A stretch of DNA of 64,000 nt from Acidobacteria bacterium UBA2999 (lineage in GTDB: Bacteria; Acidobacteriota; Vicinamibacteria; Vicinamibacterales; UBA2999): contig DDZV01000022.1 of assembly GCA_002346475.1 (NCBI GenBank), positions 7,175 to 71,174 on the forward strand. Direction: 5' to 3'. Positions 58,300-64,000 of the stretch are shown piece after piece (within the stretch, counting starts at the first letter, position 1; each line of letters opens with the position of its first letter). A model generated the notes under the pieces. The model was not told the origin of the DNA, did not search any database, and worked only from the letters and a program-made list of their open reading frames with translations. A program made the position numbers and the translations under genes.

Positions 58300-59895
58300 G
58301 TGTCGCAATCGTCCGCAAAGACCGCAGGCTCTGTGTCGCGTACGGATACATTTGCACAATTTTTTAAAAATATTCCAGAAGGTGTCTTTATCGGTACTTT
58401 CTGTCCAACGAGCAACCCCAAGAACCCATCTAAAATAAAAGAAAAAACACTAGTCGCCAATCCTTATTTACGAAACATCTTTGGCTATCAAGCAACTATC
58501 CCAGAAGCTGAGATCCAACTGTTTACAGATTCGTCTTTTGCTGACCCTGAATCACGCCGAGCCTTTTTAGATCAACTCATCGATCAAAAGTCCGTCAACG
58601 ACTATCTGCTTCGGATGCGAAAAGTCGATGGGTCTCTTATATGGGTTGAAATAACTGCAAGCGTAACATCGCTAGATAAGCATGGTCACGTCCGCATCGA
58701 AGCACTTGTCCGCGATGTGAACGATCAAAAAACATTTGATGAACAATCGAGGAATCTATATCAACAACTTGTTCAGGCTGAAAAAATGGCCACTCTTGGA
58801 CAGGCAGTTTCTAGTGTTGCCCACGAACTAAACAACCCATTAACAACCATCTTGAATTGGGCGGAACGTCTCGTTGAGCACCCGCTTGACAAGTCGGCAC
58901 AGAGAGGTGCAGAAACAATATTTAGTGAAACTAAACGTGCAGCCCGCATTGTACGAAGCTTGCTGACTGTCGCGAGGAAACGTCAGTCAACACGAACAAC
59001 AATCGACATCAATGAGGTAATTAACGAAACGCTACAACTTCGCTCGTACGAACACAAAAGAAAAAATATTGTAATCACTAAGGAACCTGCAAATACACTG
59101 CCACCCATCTTCGCTGACGCTTATCAGATCCAGCAGGTTTTGTTAAATCTGGTTGTCAATGCAGAGGACGCTATGTTGGCTACCAGGAACGGTGGTTCAA
59201 TTGTCATAAAATCCAAATACGACATAGAGCAAAAATCCGTCGTTATTGAATTACACGACGATGGCCCTGGTATCCCTAAAGAAGTTACCGATAAAATTTT
59301 TGACCCTTTTTTCACTACTAAAGATGTTGGAAAAGGAACAGGCCTTGGGCTAACTGTTGCGCGAACACTTATTCAAGAACATGGCGGGAAAATTCATGTT
59401 GAAGCTCACCCCAAGGGTGGAACCTCCTTCTTTATTGCATTGCCAGCTACCAGTATTACAACAACACAGCAAAAACCACAGGCACCACTGGTAACAAAGG
59501 CTAGCCGTGGGGCAAATCTGCTCCTTGTGGAAGACGAGCAAGCACTTGCAGCAACAGTAATTGAATTTTTAAGTGATGCTAGCTTTCAGGTAATGCATGT
59601 TGGTAACGGCAAGGAAGCTCTAGAGCTTACAACTGTTGATTGTTATGATTTCGATCTTATAATTTGCGACTTAAAGATGCCAGAAATGGGTGGGATCGAT
59701 TTCTATCATGCCTTCAAAAATAAACATGACGCCTCGTTAGAAACATTATTCATCTTTGTAACAGGAACCTTAGCCGACACAAAAACTGAGAGGTTTCTCA
59801 AAGAAACTGGATGTCGCTGGCTCGCCAAGCCTTTTCGCCTTGCGGATCTCCTTCGCATAATTCAGGAAGTCTTGGATACAAAAAAACCGAACTAG
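58300..59895 (+). CDS. Cytoplasmic hybrid sensor histidine kinase / response regulator (PAS-HisKA-HATPase-REC)
   Basis: 531 aa. H-box VAHELNNPLTTI, N-box LNLVVNAEDAM, DDGPGI and GTGLGL. The C-terminal REC has LLLVEDE, ICDLKMPEMGG and AKPF. Confidence 0.9.
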   Translation: MSQSSAKTAGSVSRTDTFAQFFKNIPEGVFIGTFCPTSNPKNPSKIKEKTLVANPYLRNIFGYQATIPEAEIQLFTDSSFADPESRRAFLDQLIDQKSVNDYLLRMRKVDGSLIWVEITASVTSLDKHGHVRIEALVRDVNDQKTFDEQSRNLYQQLVQAEKMATLGQAVSSVAHELNNPLTTILNWAERLVEHPLDKSAQRGAETIFSETKRAARIVRSLLTVARKRQSTRTTIDINEVINETLQLRSYEHKRKNIVITKEPANTLPPIFADAYQIQQVLLNLVVNAEDAMLATRNGGSIVIKSKYDIEQKSVVIELHDDGPGIPKEVTDKIFDPFFTTKDVGKGTGLGLTVARTLIQEHGGKIHVEAHPKGGTSFFIALPATSITTTQQKPQAPLVTKASRGANLLLVEDEQALAATVIEFLSDASFQVMHVGNGKEALELTTVDCYDFDLIICDLKMPEMGGIDFYHAFKNKHDASLETLFIFVTGTLADTKTERFLKETGCRWLAKPFRLADLLRIIQEVLDTKKPN

Positions 59896-60190
59896 CGCAT
59901 TCTCACACGAGCTCTAATCAATCGTGAGCTTCTGGTTACATCGCTCAAGTGACCGACCAATGATGGAGCAAGTAGTGATTAATGATTTTTCTTTTCAATC
60001 AAAGGATTTGTTCTTCCGGATAAAGTTTGTTATGAAGTTTTATGCGTAAGTTTATTCTTCATCTAAATATTTTTGTTATTGGATAACCCCAATAATAAAA
60101 TCTGATGCTTAAACCTATATTCCATTGAAGAAACTTCTTGAAGTTAATCAATAGTCAGCCTTTTGTTCCTTGCTGTTTATGTAACTTGTT

Positions 60191-61756
60191 TTATTCCTCT
60201 TGGTTTTCTGTTGTGAACCGTTTGGCCTCTTTAATTCCAGGATGCTCAGACGAACCCTTCCAGAACTCCAGTAGTGTGGCGTAATACTCCCTGGCGGCAC
60301 TGCGGTCCCCACTGGCTGCAGCGGCTTCTGCGGCCCCGAGTAACGAGTGCGTACGTTTTGGCATTCGCAAAAGTGACGCTTCGAACTTTTCTCTCGCCTC
60401 TTCTGTTTTCCCAAGTCCCAGTAGAAGTTCGCCGTACAATTCATATGGTGGCTTGATGGGATTGGCAGCACCGTTTGGCAACCGTTGTCCCAAAGCAATT
60501 TCGATCGCTTCGTCCATGAAAGAGATCACCGCATCACCGTCGCCTTCATGTGCGCTAATTGCGGCCGACAGCTCCTTATGGCTGATTTTAACAAAGGCCG
60601 AACCATCGATTGCCTCTTCTGCCAGTCTCGCTTGCGCCGCTCTCGCCGTTTGTAAATCGTCCAGCTTGACGGCACTCAATCCTGTAGCCAGCAACTCAGG
60701 CGCTGAGGACTTCTCGGTGATTGGCAAAAGGTTCCATTCTTCCGTTTCGATCACGTACCGTGCTTTTAGAAGCGGGATCGCGTTCACTGCGCGCTCTTGG
60801 CCATCGCTCTCGTTAGCGACCATTTCGATGCGATTAATCCAAGTGTTTGCTTTGTCGTAGTCTCCAAGCTGCAAATCACCGTATTGACCCCAATCAAGCG
60901 GGTGCACAGTGTCACCGACGCTGTCACCTGGTTTCCATAAGTCACGAGCAGCGTCATAGGCACGCTGATTATGATTTGAGACGAGATCCCACATGCCATG
61001 CTGAATAAAAATGTGGGTTGGCATGTGTCTAGCGTGGGCAACCGCTGGCGCAATTTCCATGTATTTCATAGCGGAAGGTAGAGCTAGCGGCGCGTGAATG
61101 GGATCGTCAAAGGAATGGATAGCGTAGTGAGGTGCACCAGGATGGTTCGGATTGGCTTTGAACACGTCTAAGGCAATCGCTCCGGCGCGCATCTCAAGCC
61201 GTCCGGTTTGATCTCGCAGTGCTCTCGAAGCGCTAAGTGTCGCCACCGCGTAAAAGGTAGCTACTTCATGATCGTTAGGATACCGCTCGTGCAAGTCGGC
61301 CATCGTCTCCATATAGGCGACCCGACGTTCGTCGTAGGTCCCCTCGTTACTCCACAGAACTTCTACTGCGTTCAAGAAGCCTGCCTCGCGCTCTGTTTTA
61401 GCTTTGGCCGCTCGTACTGCGCGTGTTGAACCTAAACGTGCAAGCACCTTTCTTGGATTGTCTTCATCCGGAGCAACTCCTTCAAAAAGTGGGTGGTTAT
61501 AACATAAGGTCTCGCCCCAGTAAGCCAGGACGAAGTCAGAATCTAAATTCTGAGCCGCTTGAAATTGTTCGATAGCCTGCTTCCATCCGAAACTGTGCAG
61601 AATGGCTACACCGCGAAGAAAATAGCTCTGCGCTTCCGAGGATCTCGTAGAGGTTGGAAAATCCAGCGAGCCCACGGACTCAAATTGGGCCAGCGCCGGT
61701 CTTGCGGTGAGAGAGCACAAAAGCGCGACGATCAGAATACGATGCAACCAAGGCAT
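60191..61756 (-). CDS. Secreted helical-repeat (TPR-like) protein, function unknown
   Basis: 521 aa with a signal peptide (...RPALAQF). TPR-like helices at both ends and a His-rich central block (HYAIHSFDDPIHAP...HARHMPTHIFIQHGMW). Confidence 0.5.
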   Translation of the reverse strand: MPWLHRILIVALLCSLTARPALAQFESVGSLDFPTSTRSSEAQSYFLRGVAILHSFGWKQAIEQFQAAQNLDSDFVLAYWGETLCYNHPLFEGVAPDEDNPRKVLARLGSTRAVRAAKAKTEREAGFLNAVEVLWSNEGTYDERRVAYMETMADLHERYPNDHEVATFYAVATLSASRALRDQTGRLEMRAGAIALDVFKANPNHPGAPHYAIHSFDDPIHAPLALPSAMKYMEIAPAVAHARHMPTHIFIQHGMWDLVSNHNQRAYDAARDLWKPGDSVGDTVHPLDWGQYGDLQLGDYDKANTWINRIEMVANESDGQERAVNAIPLLKARYVIETEEWNLLPITEKSSAPELLATGLSAVKLDDLQTARAAQARLAEEAIDGSAFVKISHKELSAAISAHEGDGDAVISFMDEAIEIALGQRLPNGAANPIKPPYELYGELLLGLGKTEEAREKFEASLLRMPKRTHSLLGAAEAAAASGDRSAAREYYATLLEFWKGSSEHPGIKEAKRFTTENQEE

Positions 61757-61793
61757 GTGAACTATCTCCTGATTCAGAGTGTACGATAAATAA

Positions 61794-62723
61794 CTACACT
61801 GCTAATTTTTGTTCAGGCATTTTACTTACTTGCTTCTTAAATGACGAAACATTGTTTCTCAAATACGGCACGATGCTGCCAGCTTTTTTGACTCGATCAG
61901 TGTTCCGCTCTTTAGCTCCCTTGAGATATCTTTTTTTGAGATGTGCCTTTACTGCTTGTGGTTTCTGTCGAAAAGTCAGAATTGCATTGTGTAAAGCAGT
62001 GTCAGTCTTCTCCGTCACCATAGTAGAACCAAGCACTTTTCGAAGACGCTTAATTGCTTGGGCATGAAGCTGTGATACTCGTGATTCATTTACACCAAGC
62101 TCCTTGCCAATCTGCTTCATTGTGATCTCACTATAGTAATAAAGGCTGACAACCTTTTGTTCACGAGAGGGAAGTGAACCAATTGCTTGTAGTACTTTGT
62201 CTCTCGTTTCTTGTTGTTCGTACAAGTAATCTGGCATCTCGGGTTCAGATGGCACTAAGACTGGCGGCAGTGTTGATTCGTTGATTTGTTCGCTGGTGGA
62301 AACCCGTGCGGTTGATTCAATTGTACCAATCCGCATAATCCTTCGGCTCAGTTGCTGCTCACTAGAACCTAGCCGTGCAGCTAGTTCTGCAAGCGATGGT
62401 TCGCAACCATGTTCCAGACGCAATGCTTGTCTTGCTTCTTCTAATTCTCGTCGCTGACGTCGTACTCCCCTTGGCCAAGCATCTTTTCGCAAGGCATCAA
62501 TCATGGCACCACGAATGCGTCGCTCAGCAAAAGTTTCAAATTTGATTCCACGTGTTTCATCAAAGCGACGAGCCGCATCAATTAAACCAATAACTCCATC
62601 CTGCACTAAGTCTCCCACATCAATTGAATGAGGCATGCTTGCCGCCATGCGACGGGCAAGTTGTTGAACAAAAGGCAAGGACTCGACAACTCGGTTATGA
62701 CACGGGCCAACAGAAGAAAGCAT
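61794..62723 (-). CDS. fliA: FliA/WhiG-type (sigma-28 family) RNA polymerase sigma factor with a basic C-terminal extension of about 75 aa
   Basis: 309 aa with AGGAGGG Shine-Dalgarno. Region 2 DLVQDGVIGLIDAARRFDETRGIKFETFAERRIRGAMIDALRKDAWPRGVR (FliA-type DW.PR..R). Region 4 ITMKQIGKELGVNESRVSQLHAQAIKRLR. Confidence 0.8.
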   Translation of the reverse strand: MLSSVGPCHNRVVESLPFVQQLARRMAASMPHSIDVGDLVQDGVIGLIDAARRFDETRGIKFETFAERRIRGAMIDALRKDAWPRGVRRQRRELEEARQALRLEHGCEPSLAELAARLGSSEQQLSRRIMRIGTIESTARVSTSEQINESTLPPVLVPSEPEMPDYLYEQQETRDKVLQAIGSLPSREQKVVSLYYYSEITMKQIGKELGVNESRVSQLHAQAIKRLRKVLGSTMVTEKTDTALHNAILTFRQKPQAVKAHLKKRYLKGAKERNTDRVKKAGSIVPYLRNNVSSFKKQVSKMPEQKLAV

Positions 62724-62887
62724 TGGTTTACCCTCCTGCTCCTTCTAATAAGCAACAAGAGTGCCAACTTCTTCTGATCTATTGAAAGTTTGAATTAAAT
62801 ATCAGAAAAAATTTAAGTCTATTAAAAACAGTTGTTTATAGAATTGTATGTGTCTGTATCTATCTATATGAATCTAAGTTATTAGCA

Positions 62888-62913
62888 TTTTTCGTCATAT
62901 AAATGACGAAAAA
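62888..62913. promoter_or_regulatory. Perfect 11-bp inverted repeat with 4-nt spacer (TTTTTCGTCAT-ATAA-ATGACGAAAAA)
   Basis: Read directly. It lies in the AT-rich 255-bp gap upstream of the fliA-like gene and downstream of the small DHp-like ORF. Confidence 0.6.
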
Positions 62914-62978
62914 CTGTGTCTAAGCGCCATATAATTGACTATATTTATCTTGAAAACGTGACGTGTTCCCCGAAGGTC

Positions 62979-63224
62979 TTACAAAACTGGTTTGCTTAGC
63001 TCGTGAAGCTGTCGCAATTGTCGTGTTGTCCTTATGGCATCGAGAACACTTAAAACCACCTGTGAGGCACGATTACGAGAAGTGTCATTTGAAGCCCTAG
63101 ATTCAAGTAGTTCTGCATGGGCAAGGATGATCCCAAATTGATTATTCAATTGGTGAAATAGTTGCTGAAGTTGTGGATCCATCCGTCGGTCTAGATCATT
63201 AAGACTATGTAATTCTGGTTTCAC
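62979..63224 (-). CDS. Small stand-alone DHp/HisKA-like helical-hairpin protein (hypothetical)
   Basis: 81 aa. GTG start with AGGAA about 8 nt upstream. LFHQLNNQFGIILAHAELLE resembles an H-box helix (cf. HDFNNLLTxIxGxxEL). The second helix VLDAIRTTRQLRQL resembles the DHp helix 2 of the same kinase class. Confidence 0.45.
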   Translation of the reverse strand: MKPELHSLNDLDRRMDPQLQQLFHQLNNQFGIILAHAELLESRASNDTSRNRASQVVLSVLDAIRTTRQLRQLHELSKPVL

Positions 63225-63348
63225 GTTTATGTTCCTGTTAAACCCCGGGAAGACTGTTTTTAAAAAGTTTGTTCTTACAACTCTGTATCGGCTTTAACTA
63301 TCGTGATCGTTAACCGTGAAGTTGTCGCTAAAAGAAAAACACTTATAA

Positions 63349-64000
63349 ATGCCTGATTTAAAAGCGCCTTTACTCTTTGTTGATGATGAACCAGCTTTTC
63401 GATCTCTCATTGTGGAGCGATTGAGCGAAAACGGTTTTGAGGTTACTGAAGCTGACTGTGGTGAAAAAGCACTACAACTGCTTGAGCAGGTTGCTTTTGA
63501 CGTGGTGATTACAGATCTGCGCATGCCAGGAGATATCGATGGAGCTCAAGTTATAGAAACCGCCATCAAACGTTATCCAGGGATTGTCGGGATCATCATT
63601 ACTGGCTACGGCACCGTAAAAGATGCAGTCGATGCAATCAAGCGAGGCGCTTCGGACTTCATCGCTAAACCTTTTCAATTCGATGAATTGATGCATGTGC
63701 TACAAAAAGCACTCGAACAACAACGCCTTAAACAAGAAAATGCTTATCTACGTTCACAACTTGATGAACGGTACTCCATGGAAGGCATTCTAGGAAAAAG
63801 TCCTCCAATGCAAGCACTGTTTCAGTTACTCGATACAGTGGCAAGTTCAAATAGCACAATTCTTATTCACGGAGAAACAGGAACCGGTAAAGAACTGGTG
63901 GCACGTGCTATCCATCACAACAGTTCCCGTCACATGCATCGGTGTGTGGCCCTCAACTGTGGTGCAATTCCAGAAACCCTTTTGGAAGCAGAGCTTTTTG
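63349..64000 (+). CDS. NtrC-family sigma54-type response regulator (REC + start of AAA+; continues beyond the window end)
   Basis: Absent from the ORF track because it is truncated. Manual translation gives MPDLKAPLLFVDDEPAFRSLIVERL...VVITDLRMPGDIDG...IAKPF...ILGKSPPMQALF...ILIHGETGTGKELVARAIHHNS...NCGAIPETLLEAELF. Confidence 0.85.
   Translation, partial: MPDLKAPLLFVDDEPAFRSLIVERLSENGFEVTEADCGEKALQLLEQVAFDVVITDLRMPGDIDGAQVIETAIKRYPGIVGIIITGYGTVKDAVDAIKRGASDFIAKPFQFDELMHVLQKALEQQRLKQENAYLRSQLDERYSMEGILGKSPPMQALFQLLDTVASSNSTILIHGETGTGKELVARAIHHNSSRHMHRCVALNCGAIPETLLEAELF

Noticed and set aside
59960-60049. 29-codon ORF (MMEQVVINDFSFQSKDLFFRIKFVMKFYA) in the AT-rich convergent gap
   Set aside because: No Shine-Dalgarno, AT-driven composition and no recognisable peptide class. 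Not supportable without expression data.
1-64000. Looked for CRISPR arrays, tRNA/rRNA genes, IS/transposase, integrase, phage or toxin-antitoxin genes and defence-system hallmarks
   Set aside because: No spaced direct-repeat arrays, no cloverleaf-like or rRNA-like stretches in any intergenic gap, and no ORF with transposase, integrase or nuclease-NTPase defence motifs were seen. This was a visual scan only. tRNAscan-SE, Infernal and defence-system finders would be decisive.

Overview
This is a dense, almost entirely protein-coding chromosomal segment with about 55 CDS on both strands. Many gene pairs show ATGA/GTGA start-stop overlaps. GC content looks moderate by eye (not computed). Reading both strands, I found no rRNA, tRNA, CRISPR array, transposase, integrase or phage gene.

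Most of the content is core metabolism and information processing:
- Purine synthesis: purB-purS-purQ-purL, and purD.
- Translation and RNA: rlmN, a MiaB/MtaB-type methylthiotransferase, rpsU, glnS, pcnB.
- Central metabolism: eno-gpmA, an acyl-CoA mutase catalytic subunit, acs, ino1, serC.
- DNA: polA, rmuC.

Around these sit envelope and secreted functions: M16, M23, M28 and S9 peptidases, a CarboxypepD_reg-type beta-barrel outer-membrane protein (OMP), CcdA, an AI-2E transporter and a Tat-exported PaoABC-like molybdoenzyme. Signalling genes include a PDZ sensor kinase, a hybrid kinase, two NtrC-family AAA+ regulators and a FliA-like sigma factor. The gene content (orphan MacB/LolD-type ATPase, CarboxypepD_reg OMP, many secreted peptidases) suggests an Acidobacteriota-like Gram-negative bacterium. 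That is inference only.

I did not find a self-contained defence or mobile island. The candidates most worth a second look are:
1. A four-gene envelope module (11941-19447): a secreted protein, an OMP, a kinase with a predicted periplasmic PDZ domain, and an AAA+ regulator whose sigma54-contact loop GAFTGA reads DASPGA.
2. An 81-aa stand-alone DHp/HisKA-like protein lying between a FliA-like sigma factor (with a basic C-terminal extension) and an NtrC-type regulator.
3. A FabZ-family protein that lacks the catalytic His and is coupled to a DUF1015 gene.
4. A Cys-rich mini-protein and a secreted DUF1326-like protein trailing the PaoABC-like operon.
5. An orphan DppD/DppF ATPase pair fused to the mutase operon.

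All family assignments come from motif recognition by eye. No database search was run.
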